Assembly: GCA_964199315.1 (NCBI GenBank) | Contig: OZ116706.1 | Location: 27,466,001 to 27,530,000 of the forward strand | DNA: 64,000 nucleotides | Source of the DNA: Orbicella franksi | Lineage: Eukaryota | Direction of reading: 5' to 3' | In this document: one piece after another, positions 25,423 through 38,007 of the stretch | Position numbering within the stretch: the stretch's first letter is position 1 | Layout of the letters: each line of letters starts with the position of its first letter | Notes under the pieces: generated by a model | What the model was told of the DNA's origin: nothing | Database searches by the model: none | The model's input: the letters and a program-made list of their open reading frames with translations, nothing else | Position numbers and translations under genes: made by a program

Positions 25423-26499
25423 CTTTTCGGAAAAAATTGGAAGGGACGTTGAAAGGCATTCTCGAATGTTGTTTGGAATTCAGAAAGCCGACTTCTTGTT
25501 CGGAATCAGATGACACTAGTTTCCAACAAAACGTGAGTAACAACTCTTCTTGGTCATCAATATGTTGCTGCTTGAATATGAAGCTGGTTGTGTCAGTCCC
25601 CCGGGGGGAGAGGGGGTACTCTTATATGGGCTTTATAGGTCTGTGCGGCCACAAAAAGTAGGTTTTTCAGTCGTTTTGGTCATAAAAAGTTTATTGCTTT
25701 TGGCCATTTTGATCTTAAATAAGGTATGGTTTTAGCACTCTAGTCTTGAATTGGGTATGTTTCTNNNNNNNNNNNNNNNNNNNNNNNNNNNNNNNNNNNN
25801 NNNNNNNNNNNNNNNNNNNNNNNNNNNNNNNNNNNNNNNNNNNNNNNNNNNNNNNNNNNNNNNNNNNNNNNNNNNNNNNNNNNNNNNNNNNNNNNNNNNN
25901 NNNNNNNNNNNNNNNNNNNNNNNNNNNNNNNNNNNNNNNNNNNNNNNNNNNNNNNNNNNNNNNNTAGAAGATTACAATAAGACCGTCAACAAAAGCCCTT
26001 CATAACTTATGTATAGGGCAACTGTGCCAGCTACAAAGGTCATAAATTGGGTATCAAATTTTTGGCCAGGTCATAGATAGGGTAGCAAAAATCGCAGATT
26101 TTGGTCATAAATAGGGTAAGGGTTTTGGGGAGTGGGCCACACGCCCCCACCCAACTTTTCTGGGAGTTCCCCCCCTCCAGGTGTCGGCCCTGTGTTGGGC
26201 TCATTTCATGAAAGCATCAAGATCTAGAATGTATCTGAAGGTGTACAGTTTTAGTTTAAAAGCATTCAGTACAAAAATTATCCAGACTGCAGACTGCAGA
26301 CTGGGTACAATATGCACACTGAGAAAAAAAACATTTTTTGGTCTTATTTGATAACATGTAATTGATCATTATTGTAGCCTACCCATTGTCACACAGTCAT
26401 CTTTCTGCAGTCATCGCCTATGACAATGTGCGTTGCTGGGGAATATTCTTGGCCTGGTCAGTGTAAAACGCAGATTGCGGACTACAGACTTTTTAAATA

Positions 26500-26822
26500 C
26501 ATCTATGGGTTATTGACCAAGCATGAGGTTAAGATGACTGGATATTGGCCAAGTTCTTTTTATGCATGTCTATGGACCAAGACAAAGTCTCAGTCCATAA
26601 ACACGCAAAAAAGAACGAGGCACTCAGTATCCAGCCATCTTGACCAAATAAGCTTGGTCAATAAAGGTTTTATTATAAGGAAAAAGAACACTATATTCTT
26701 GCGGGACACAGTGGGTTATCCCGAGCAGGCAAGATAGCCCCATCTTGCCTGCTCGGGTAGCCAATCACAATGCACGATTCGGTTCATCTTGCTCACTCAC
26801 AGAACTAACCATAAAATAAATT
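26500..26822. mobile_element. Non-autonomous element with 5' inverted repeat and 3' hairpin, nested in another MITE
   Basis: ttattgaccaagc (26510-26522) / gcttggtcaataa (26652-26664); perfect 16-bp stem cccgagcaggcaagat-agcccc-atcttgcctgctcggg (26720-26757); sits just inside the terminus ggtcagtgtaaaacgcag (26457). Confidence 0.55.
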
Positions 26823-27032
26823 GTATTATTTCTATTATCGATTGCTAACTGTTAGCACGGTTATTCAGGCTAATTGCAGTGGAAGTCTGCCCTCCGGTTT
26901 GCCTGAATATCACTCCAGCTAGCCTGCCCATCACTTAGGTTAGTCCGAATGGAAATGCAGTTTGCTGAATCTATTTAGCCTGTTTACATTTAGCTTTCAA
27001 TGATGGAAATGGTAACAGTTAAAAAGTTCAAG

Positions 27033-27825
27033 AGTCTGCAGTCTGCATTTTACCCTCAGTCTGCATTTTACCCTCAGTCTGCTATTTACCTCCAGTCTGC
27101 TATCTGCATTTTACTCCTGGTCAGCCTCAATCTGCTATTTACCCCCATTCTGCAATCTGCATTTTACCCACAGTCTGCATTTTGCCCCCTGTACACAGTC
27201 TACATTTTACCTTCAGTCTACAATTTACTGTCAGTCTACATTTTACCCTCAGTCTGCTATTTACCCCCATTCTGCAGTTTGCATTTTACCCTGTCTGCAT
27301 TTTGCCCCCTGTATGCAGTCTACATTTTACCTTCAGTCTACATTGAACCCTCAGTTTGCATTTTACCCCTGGTCCTCAGTCTGCAGTTCGCAGTCTGTGT
27401 TTTACACTCTGACTTGTTGTTATCCTGATTCAGGTGTTGCATATTAAAACATAATAAATGTAGAACAGTAATTTACTGTTCAAGAATTTATTTTCTTGAC
27501 TGTTTTTTTATGTTTTCTGCAGTTCCAAGCTGTAGTGATTACTTAGTGATCCCCTGCCGTGATACTCAAAGGACAACTCCAGTGGTATGGCATGCATTTT
27601 AAATCCAGTCCACAGTCCACATTTTACCCTCAGTCTTCATTTTATCCCCGGTCTGCAGTCTACATTTTACACTCAGTCTGCATGTAACCTTCAGTCTGCA
27701 GTCTGCATTTTACCTTCAGTCTGCACCATACCCCTGGTTCGCAGTCTGTATCTTACCCTCTGTCAGTCTTCATTTTACCCCCAGTCTGCAGTCTGCAGTC
27801 CTCAGTCTACATTTTACATTGACCA
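27033..27825. repeat. Two CAGTCTGCATTTTACCCC(T) minisatellite blocks (about 27033-27414 and 27600-27825), right halves of a MITE family
   Basis: About 18-20 bp degenerate tandem units; each block ends in ...ttttacact(c)tgac / ttttacattgacc, the reverse complement of ggtcagtgtaaaa. Confidence 0.75.
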
Positions 27826-27827
27826 TT

Positions 27828-28212
27828 CAGGGGCACCCAACGGATCGTTTCAGTAAATTATTTGTTCGGAAGGCCTTTAATCCCCTCTGATTTTCTGAAG
27901 AGAATTGTCACCTCGAACTTTCGTGATATGAGAAATTTATGTCTGTTGTTTTCGAATTGTAAAAAATGTTGTTTTAGGTACCGAAAAAAGGTCAGCTATC
28001 ATTTTCGGAAAGGCGATAAGACCTAAGGTTTTCGGGGAATGGACGAAAAAGCCCTAATAAATTCGAGAATATTCAAGTTCCCCTAGAATAACCGAAGAGA
28101 CAAAATTTTTTAGTGCAACCTAAAATTAACCTACAGAGCTTTAAAACTACTCCAGATAACCTAAAACAGCGTTTAAAAGCATTTGAGAGAAAACGGTCGT
28201 TGGGTGCCCCTG
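27828..28212. mobile_element. MITE with 15-bp perfect TIR CAGGGGCACCCAACG
   Basis: CAGGGGCACCCAACG...CGTTGGGTGCCCCTG; ACCATT direct repeat at 27822-27827 and 28213-28218. Confidence 0.8.
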
Positions 28213-28323
28213 ACCATTGTTGTTATCCTGATTCAGGTGTCAAATATTAAAATGTGATAAATGTAGAACAGTAATGTACTGTCCAGGAATTTATTTTCTC
28301 AACTGTTTTTATGTTTTCTGCAG

Positions 28324-28374
28324 TTCCCAGCTGTAGTGATCCCCTGCAATCATACTCAAAGGACAGCTGTAATG
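28324..28374 (+). other. Candidate 51-nt exon of an unidentified gene; degenerate duplicate at 27523-27584
   Basis: Acceptor tttttatgttttctgcAG, donor G|GTAAGT, open in phase 1 as (x)PSCSDPLQSYSKDSCN; host gene not identified. Confidence 0.4.
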
Positions 28375-31300
28375 GTAAGTCTATGAGATTCTTTTTGTGC
28401 TTATTTTTTTACATTTGCTACTAAAAGAAGTTTCTATTACTTAAGATGCTTTCATCATTATTTGTTAAATTGAAAAGAAACATTTTGTGGCAAACGGGTG
28501 ATTTGATGTACACCTTCATGAAGAATTAGGCATGATCATAGAGCACTGCATTTCATAACATAGATATCTCGTTATATAAATTTATTTGAACTCTGATTGG
28601 TGAGGTTGATTAGGTGTTAACAATAGAGTATGCAAGTGAAGTGTCATGTTAGCAAACAACACGTTTATTCACGATCCTAAAAATTCTATATGTTTAAAAA
28701 AATGCAATTGCAATCTCAAGTCTAATTCGTGACTAATTTCCAAAGAAGATTGTTTGAAACCTTTTGGCATGAAACCTGAAGTGTCAATGTTGGTCTGTTG
28801 TATTTTGAAATGTGCTACTGAGTGTGATAAGCCCAGGAGGTGGGGGGGCGGGGGGTGGGGTACTCCCTTATATGAGCTATATAGGTATGTGTGGCCCCAA
28901 AAGGTAGGGTTTTTCAGCCATTTTGGTCATAAATAGGTTATCGATATTGGCCATTTTAGTCATAAATAGTGTATGGTTTTAGCACTCTAGTCTTGAACTG
29001 GGTATGCTTCTTAGAAGAAGCTACTTTTTCATCACTATCAATAAGACCATTAACAAATGCCTTCATAAATTGTGTGTAGCGCAACTGTGCCAGCCGCAAT
29101 GGCCATAAATAGGGCATTGAATTTTTGGTCAGGTTATAAATAAGGGTAGCAAAAATTACCCAAACATCTGTACAGTGTACATGACATCAAGGATGACTTG
29201 ACATATGATGTGATGGAGTATTTGTGGTTGGAAAGATCTTCGTTCCGAGCATTAAAAATATCAAAATTTGTGAGTATTGCTTGTATGGATACAAAACAAC
29301 ATATATGCAATCTGGTTGTCCTAGCAATCTTCCAGTTCCCTTCATGCTCATGGGTGGAGAGAGGCTCCGTGAGAGTAAAGATGTTTTACCCAGGAACACA
29401 TCACTGACTAGTCCTCGTGGCCAGTACTGGAATGTAACGTCGTGATTCAGAATTCAGCACATTATCTATTAGGCCTTGAAACCTCACAACTGCTGCTAGT
29501 AAAGGTGCATAATTTTTTTCTTCTCAGGACTCATGTTTCAAGTTTTTACGTCATTAAATGACATAATGAGTGATGAGTAGTGATGAGTTGGTAGACTGAT
29601 TTAAAAAGAAAGTAAGGAAGCTGAAAAAAAAGCTTGTTTGTCAAATCACAGACAGATACTGCAGTCAGTGGAGCTTAGTGAATGTAAGTGCTTGTCTCTC
29701 CCACGCCTAATTTTACAGTGTACATCATCATTGTGAGGGTGTTATTGAAAGAACCTGGGTCAGGGGTGAATTTAGGGGGGGGGGGGGGGGTGGATTGGGT
29801 GGCTAGCCAATCCCTCTTGGAGAAGTGAAACGTGACAAAGGTTGTGGCTGTTATGGCAGAAATAAAGGCAAACCTCTGAACAGGTTCCTCATTGTAATTT
29901 CTACTTTGTGCCATTGCCAGTATTTCTAGTGAAACGGTTTTCAAATAGGCTTGAATTGTCAAATTGCAACATTTTCTACAAATGCATGTCCCATTGATTC
30001 TGCAACTCAAAGGTATCAGCCACCACCCCCGCCCCGGTTTGCGCATATTGAAAAGTTTAGCTTCAATTTTTCAAATTCGTCGTTTGTAATCCGTGTTTAT
30101 CTTCCCCATCCTTAGCCATTCTTGTTCCTTTATGGTTTATCAGTATCTCTTTAGTGTTTTTCTATCTTATTAAACTGTTGTTTTCAGGTTTCTTACCATT
30201 TAAAGGTAATTTTGTATGTGGCCAAAATAACTCAAAATACCTTGACTGAGCCCCCTTAAGTTGTACGCAACTCCGTGCTTTTCCCTCGTGGGATGGGGCG
30301 CTCCTTCGTGTTCGTTCCCCGTTTATTCGTTTATCCTCTGTGCGTTCGCTCGTTGTGTACACCATGTGTTTCCTGTGCGTCCCCTCATGCACTTCCAAGT
30401 GCGCTCTCCCATGCATTTCCTTACTTTAAAGCAGTAAAAAAAAAAAACTCTGTGTTTTCCCTTATTGTTGCCCGTGGCTGCGTTTCGTCTTTCCTCGTAC
30501 ATTCACAGCAGGTGTTTTTTTTTTTTTCTTTTTGTGGGCTCGCTTATCCACTATACCCTGCTCTCTTTTAATGGTACCTTGTATAAGTCCCCGTGTGTTT
30601 CTCAAGTATTCCCTGTGCGTTTTCTCCGCTGTGTGCTCCGCTATTCGCCACCCCGTGCATGCACTTGGGTTACTGGACGTTCTCCATGCTTTCCCTGTTC
30701 CCCAAGCAACTCGTCCGTTACAATTTTAACTTGTATTCCTTTTGTATTCTCTCGTGCTCGGGTAGGACAGAATGGGATAGAAGAGGATAACCTTTACTTA
30801 ATTAAGCTGGAAATTGTAATATACGAAGACTTTAAAAAAGAGTGGATCACCTTGTACAAACGGGAACAAAATAAACACCGATCTTTGTAAAGATAAGAGC
30901 CAACAATGGACGTAATAAATAAGTTTTATAAAGATGTAAGGCTCATCAAAAACCTGATTATTTTCAATATTTTTATGCTGGCTCAGAGCAATTCCTCATT
31001 AGCTATGAAAGCTTTGATCGCACGTTCTCCGCGCGTTCCGCTATTCGCAAACCCCCGCTTCCCTCTTGGGTTCCCGGTGAGGCCCTTCCATGTAAAAGGT
31101 ACGGTGACGAGGAAAGCGGAAGTTTTCCTTTTTGTCTGAACTGCGTGCGATTTCACCGTAAGCGCGACTTTCCAAGTCTAGGACTGGCACTAGTTACGCA
31201 AGGACTGACAATGTCACGTGGTCACTTGTTGCATTTCCCGCCAAAGAAGAAACACAACCAGCTAAATTAAACGCAAGGATTTTTCTTTGAGACTCTCCCT

Positions 31301-34300
31301 TGTTAATATGATTTAGACAATTAACCCTGCTTTTTGACAACATTTCCTGAACCACTTGGCCTTACGGTGGTTTTCGTGTGGCATGAGGATAAATGGATTA
31401 TGGGACAGAAAAAATTGTAATGATTAATCAGTGTTTGTTTCTGTTTGTTTCTTTGAAAGTTTAAAATGAACGCTACCAAATTCATTTTCAAAATGAGCCG
31501 AAGAGATGGGCATCCAAGAACTGTAAGAAAAGTTTAATTATGTTTGAAAAATGACGCTTTTGTTTGTTTCCATTTGTTCAGCCATACAGGTTCACGTGGG
31601 CGCCATATAAACAAAGGAAATGCAAAGTTGTGGCAGAAGAAAGCGTGCAAAGGGTGTTGTCATTATAAATTTGTGACGGTCTGTTAGCTGATTGGTCTGA
31701 TGTTTTTTTTTCCATATTAATGATGACTATTGCTAATCTGAGGTGCTTGTTTGTCATTTTGAGATGTTTGCCGTCGGAGTATGGTGCTTACTGTTCCCTT
31801 CTACACGAGAAGTGAATTCTTATTTTGAAGAAGTGATGGCGTCGACGTTTGGGGAAGAGAAGTCAGTTGACACCCATATTTCTACCAATCGTTAGTATCA
31901 AATTTTTTGCATTCTACCTTTTAAGGTAATATTTCAACCAAAAATACCGGCTCCAAGTCATTCTACCACGTGCGCTTGCCGGCTCGGTTTACATTTCGTG
32001 TTGAACTCAGTTCAGAACAACCGTATGGCTTAAGAAACCGCAAAACGTACGTTAGAAGCTAGTTCAGAAACCTAACGAGATGCAAGGTTCTTAGTGTTTT
32101 TTTTTTTTTATTGAGAGTTCAGCTTTCTTTATAAAAAGTTGCGTTTCCTTGTCAACCTTTGTCTTGTACTAGTCAACGCGCGCTGGTGTACAACAATTCA
32201 CTATGAATATTTTACTCCTCGTTTACTCGTTTGTTTCTACACTTGGGTTTGTTCCTTATGCAATTTTTATCTATTCTATTTTCAGGGAGTAAACAACTGA
32301 AGACAGGAGAGCCAGGAAAACACAAGGAGATCAAAAGGATTCAAGCAGAAAGGATGAAGAAAAAGTTGAGAATAGCATTTGGGAATTTTGATAGATTGAA
32401 ATCTCTCTCATGCGAAATGGCAGTCTTGAAACTAGGGAAGATATAATCGAGTTCAAAATCGTTTTGTTTGCTAAAAGTTTTATTATTTCTGTCCTCTCCG
32501 CTGAAATATTTGCTTTGACGTGGCACTTGATTCGGACGTGAAAAAATTAAAATCGGTGAGGAACGCTAATTTACTCTGCCATTTTTGATGGAAAAGTTTC
32601 AACCGCTTTCGAGTTATCATTTAGTACATGTTTTCAAATTATGGCGAGTTTTATTACATTGGTCGAGCGATCATCAACCTGATTCAATTATATTTTATCG
32701 ATTCGGCATTTGCATGCACGCATTACTTCGTGTATTTTGTCAAAGTCGAGTATTGTTTTTATCATTTTTTTTTTTTTTTTTTTGAAAATTCCAAATTGTT
32801 GTACTATCGCTCAACTCTCCTAAGTTTGAAAACCTGTTACTAGACGATAACCTTTGTAGAGTATTTGAAGGTGGCGCTGCATGTTGAAATCAAACCGCAA
32901 TAGTAACTATTAGTTATGTGATCATGTCAGTCATCATAGCAAATTCTGTTTTGATGTAAATTGGACAAACAATTCAACGCTGTCTTGTTCCACAAAATCG
33001 CATTAAGGACTAAGTTTTACGAAGGTCAAGTTTCAATTTATAATGTGGATTGTGTGTTGGAGGGTAATGCCCTTGCCCAAAAACAAAACTGAATGACTGG
33101 TCGTGGAAAATTGTGTCAGATGTCCCATCAAACTTTATGTTATCAGAAAATTATTTCTACTTTTTCAAAACTAGGCATTTTCAGATACGAGCTTGAAGAA
33201 GTAGCTAAGAACTGTCTCGATCGATTCTTCGAACTGCAGCCGAATAGACGTGAAAGTTTATAATTTTTTCCCTTAATTTCCCAAAAAGTTCACGGAAATT
33301 AATTCATCTGACGTGAATTGTCTCTTCCCGAACAATAAACCATACGGCGGTACAACGTGTAGGCCTAGTTTCTCTAGAGTAAATCCAGATACCATGGGAT
33401 ACGTGTGGACAGGTGAATTCGATTCCAATATGCTACGTGTGGCGAAAGAAAAAGTTGCGGAGTCAAAAATATCAGGATACATGTGGACGGGGCCTGAGAG
33501 ACAAACTCGCACGATGGAATTTATGAAATACACAGACAGAATTGGAACAGAATTGCGGCAAAAGTTGTGGTCTACATTGACAGCTTTCAGCCAATTCACT
33601 TTTAACAATGCTACATGAATTGTCTCTGTTTGAGTGACTAAAAGAACATTTTACATTCTTATTTGTCTATAACACGAGATAGCTATTGTTTATCATTCCC
33701 TTCAGAAATAAAACCATGTTCACTTACAGTTTTTGGAACTTGAGTTTTTAAGGGCAAATTCAAGCTACACTCGAAATTGTCTTGCAGAAACAGAAGAATC
33801 ATTTTCTGTGGTTTTGTATCGGGTGCTTGAAACAATAGCAGCAGGCGAAAATGCTGGTGCTTCGCAGAACACTGGACATGGCTTAAAAATTTTTCACCCC
33901 TAAGAGGTGCCAATTCTAAAACAACACATTAATCTTTTGTCAAATTTCTTTTTTGTTGACCCAGCCTTTGAGGCTGAACCTAGGAGATACCAAATCCATT
34001 TTTAACCCCTAAAGGTAGGATGAGCACCCCACTCCTTTTAGTAAGGGGGTCCCCCACCTCCTCCCCACCCCCCCCCTCCCCATCTCTTGGTAAAGGAGTC
34101 CCAACATCTCTACATTCAGATATGTCATGTTTAGGATAAATGGCATGGTCCCCTTCATCAGTTCACCGGAGATTTCAGAATTCCAGCTGACCTACATGTG
34201 GTAGCAGCTATGTAGAGTCCTAATTCCCATATTTTCAACAAAAATTACCTTTAATGCATGTAGCTGTATCTGAAGTCTACCATTAGTCTTTCAGTACTCC

Positions 34301-35630
34301 AATATAATCACATTATATTCATGTGCTGCAGTTTTTCCTAATAAGTAATACAGTCACTTTGATAAGCGATTTACTCTCTTGTTTTTCAAGCAGCATGTAA
34401 AATTCAAAAATAGCAATAAAACAAAAAGTTTTAATTAAGCTTACAGAGGACGTTAGCTTGTAAGGCTGAGCATACCGAGGATGGTCAAAGACGTCACTTG
34501 AATCTTGAGGTCGCTTGTCGTTTCTGGCACTAGAATAAGTGAGCGAATTTCCCTCCAGTTTGTTCCACCAGCACAAGTTTGTGTATGGAACACGTTTGGG
34601 AACTTTTCCTGTAACTTAGACACAACATTAGGCAAATTAAAGTTTCCAAGCACCTCGTGCGATGAAGAAGGAGCGAAATGCAAATTCAGGTTGAGTCCCA
34701 GGGCTACCTGTCTTTCTCAGCCGGCGGGCCTTGGCGCGAGGAAAGAGCGTTCGATCTTGTTCGATCTTCTTCAATCTCCTACAGCTACCCAACGGGTTTA
34801 AACGAAGAGAGCATGTATTTGTTTCGTATGGAGAAATTCACCGAAAATTCTCCCCGTATAAAGCCAGTTTTAAGGTAATTCCATCGAAATAGAACTCACA
34901 ATAGATTTTCTATCAAACTTCACCAGTTGGCTGCTTATATCAAGAGAACTTAAAATTTGAAATAAAAAAGAGAGATCTCCATATTCGTTTAGGAGCGGGA
35001 AGACGTCTAATAAACCCCATAATTCGTAGAACTATCTGCTTTCAGAAACGTTTATGTTTGAACCATTCACCTTACGCTTTAAGAGAGCAGAAAAAGAGAG
35101 AGAACGTTAAGCGAGAAATACAACAATGGATGTATTGCATAAATGTTAAGGAGCAATTTGATGTGCATTTCATGATAAGGGCACTCATAGTCAGTCGACA
35201 GGGATACAATATGTTCCAAGCACGCAGTGTTCTGGGGCCACATATTATCTTTTACGAGTGCTAGCTATGCTCTCATTTTCCGTGATAATTTTTTACTCTG
35301 CAGTAGAAATTGGTCCATATTCACTGTACAGATAGAAGGCGATCTCTGCATTCGAACTAAATAAAAAAATCGTTAGGTCCCCGTACTCGTTTCCGAGGAA
35401 AAAACGATGATTTGTCTATCGCAAGCCAAGCCGCTTTGAAAAAGCCACCTTTAATTGACTCAGCGGCTTTCTGGCCGGGTAGGGATTTTGACGATTGGTG
35501 CTGCTGCGATCGGTTCGAGTGTCTTCCGCGAAAAAACAATTTAATTAGTTAATTAGATTACTTTGACAGTTGATTACTTTTCTCTCGATTTCGAGAGAAA
35601 ATTAAAACCGACTGTCAGTAGTCTAGGCTA

Positions 35631-36245
35631 GCCATTTTTGAAGATTTTCAAGGATCCTTCTAAGGCCGACCAGGCATTCCTTAGCATTTTCCACAATTTT
35701 TGGAAGGTATCCAAGGCTTGCCGAAGATTTCCGAGAAAGTTCCGAAGATGCTTTTGGATCACTCGGGAATCAATCCGAGGGATAAAGTTATTAGCAACTC
35801 CGGTTGAATTGCAAAAGGGCGTGAAAATATGACTTCTTCAAAAACATTTAGGCAAGTTAAACTGACTTCTGCTCTCTACTTACAAACCCTCTTCCGCCAC
35901 TATTTTTGGAAGATTTTCAAGGATCCTTCTGATCCTTCGAAGGACGAACAGGCATTTCTTAGCATTTTCCACAATTTTTGGAATATATCCGAGGCTTGCC
36001 GAAGATTTCCGAGAAAGTTCCGAAGATGTTTTTTAGATCACTCGGGAATCAATCCGAAGGACAAAGTTATCAGCAACTCCGGTTGCAAAAGGGCGTGAAA
36101 ATATGTCTTCTTCAAAAACCTTAATTTAGGCAAGTTAAACTGACTTCTGCTCTCTACTTACAAACCCTCTTCCGCCGCTATTTTTGGAAGATTTTCAAGG
36201 ATCCTTCTAAGGCCGAACAGGCATTTCTTAACATTTTCCAAGATT
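35631..36245. repeat. Tandem repeat, ~270-278 bp unit, ~2.3 copies
   Basis: gaagattttcaaggatcc at 35640, 35909 and 36187, with the intervening sequence collinear. Confidence 0.85.
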
Positions 36246-38007
36246 TTTGAGACCTTAAGCAAGTGATGAAACGTTTACATGAGAAGAGTGCTGCAAAGAG
36301 GGGGTGGAGGGGCGGGCGGGATATGATTCGCGTCCGTATTTTAGCTGCTTTCAACAAAGTTTTTTTTTTTTCCATAAATTCACAAGTCACGTACGTCGTA
36401 CATTTGCTTTTCACACGTCGCATGGCCTGCGTAGCTGGTGGTTTCGGTGGGGTTTTTGCGTTGAAAAACGTCACCTAAACCGCCAACTACGTAGGCTACA
36501 CGTCGCACACTAATTTTTGCCTGTTCATCACTTGTTACGATTACAAACCTTTTGCCATCCTCCGAGAATATTACAACAAGAGCCCTATTTCTCTCTGTTT
36601 TCTTTAGAACTGGATTGTTACAAGATACGGCCGGGTGAAATTCATACTCTGAACAGAACTTGACCATACTGTAGTCCGTAAAAGCCAGGTGGATGATTGA
36701 GAAACGAAAGAAACTCACTATGTCTTGCGGAAACAACACGAAGTGTAGCAGACGGGTGTTACCCCTAATAACATTAACACTCTCAAGTACAGTTGTTATG
36801 AGAACTCTTTTCCGTTTTTAGCTTAGTGATTCTGATGAATCAGACGATTGACTTTACTTCGGGGAGCGTTATTTTATTAAGAGAATATTAAGTATGTTGT
36901 CTACTTGTCTCTAATGACAACAGTTCCCTTTTTTAGCCATATAATTTCTAGACGTATCATAACAGTTAATTCTTGTGGTTAGCGTTTTCGCTCGTTCGCG
37001 CAAACACTTTATATTGGCGCGCGTGGTCAATCTTTAATACTGAAACTATTTGAGGTGTGTTAAAATAAGAAAATTGACGGAAACAACGAAAGTAGGTTTA
37101 TTAAGTGCTGATTTTCTCGTCATTTCACATGTAGAGGAAGTTAGGCGTGACAGGGATTAGTTTTTGATGAGTTAATACCATCTAAATTATTTTTTCGCTG
37201 AAACGATCTTGTCTCTAAAGCAACAGCTGCTCTCTGTGTAATTAATCGTGCCTCGTCCCCTCACCTGAGTGTTCCTGCGGTCGGGGTTCCGCGTAGAACT
37301 ATCGACCTGGGCGGCAAAACGTGATAGAGACTAAGAGAGAACAAATCATAGCTAATCTGTTCTTGACCAAAAGCGAGATGACCCGATGTGAAAAAGTGGA
37401 GACTCCGCGAGAAACAATAATTAAAAGCAGATTAAAGTAGGCTGTGAAGTGAATCAGTTCAGCTTGTTGAAAAACGTGCTTTCCTGTTTTAGGATCCCTA
37501 GTCTTGACTCTATTTCATGACTTTTTTACCTTTCATAAAATTGCTGTTTATGGCAAAATAAATCTTGTTTACAGAGTAATTATCCATTAGCTGGGTTTGA
37601 ACTGGAAACATTTTTACTCACAAAGTGAAAGGGGATGTGTTAGGAATATGTTAGAATCCTTCACTCCCGGGACAATCAGTGCTCTTTCCTTGATTGAATT
37701 CTTTGCTTAATCCACGAAGAAACGTTGAAAATGTCTGGGCGACCACTGAGAAACTACAATCTTCTTTCTGTCTAGTAGGCTCTGGAATATTCCCCGGAAG
37801 AAGCATAACTCGACACTTGAAAATGCGAAATTTGAGGTCATGAGGTTGATTTGTCGAATTCCTTTTGGCTACGCCAACGCGACACTCAACTGCCCACATC
37901 TAGGATATGTATAAATATGGAGAAAATATTAACAGACTGAAGACAGAAGAACTTCAAGAAAGACAGGAAAGAACTTTAAAAGACGAAGAAAGTACAATTT
38001 GTTTACC

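Larger units (their letters stand above)
24253..26960 (+). pseudogene. WDR5: Degenerate WDR5-like WD40 pseudogene broken by nested insertions and a local duplication
   Basis: Collinear pieces match successive WDR5 repeats: AHRKGVSCVNFGPNGQLIVSSSADKPIKIW (WDR5 [30 protein letters not shown]); frameshifted SNVVWNSESRLLV/SDD (SDVAWSSDSNLLVSASDD); TTLLGHQYV and CCLN..KLVVS up to 24558; GSFHESIKI*NV at 26198 (GSFDESVRIWDV); weaker YSG*LQW...SPNG at 26859-26960. Multiple stops and frameshifts. Confidence 0.65.

Noticed and set aside
27000-27856. 142-aa and 89-aa ORFs (QSAFYP repeats)
   Set aside because: Translations of the CAGTCTGCATTTTACCC minisatellite.
34319-34878. Cluster of overlapping 66-98 aa ORFs with higher GC
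   Set aside because: No recognisable domain or consistent splice structure.
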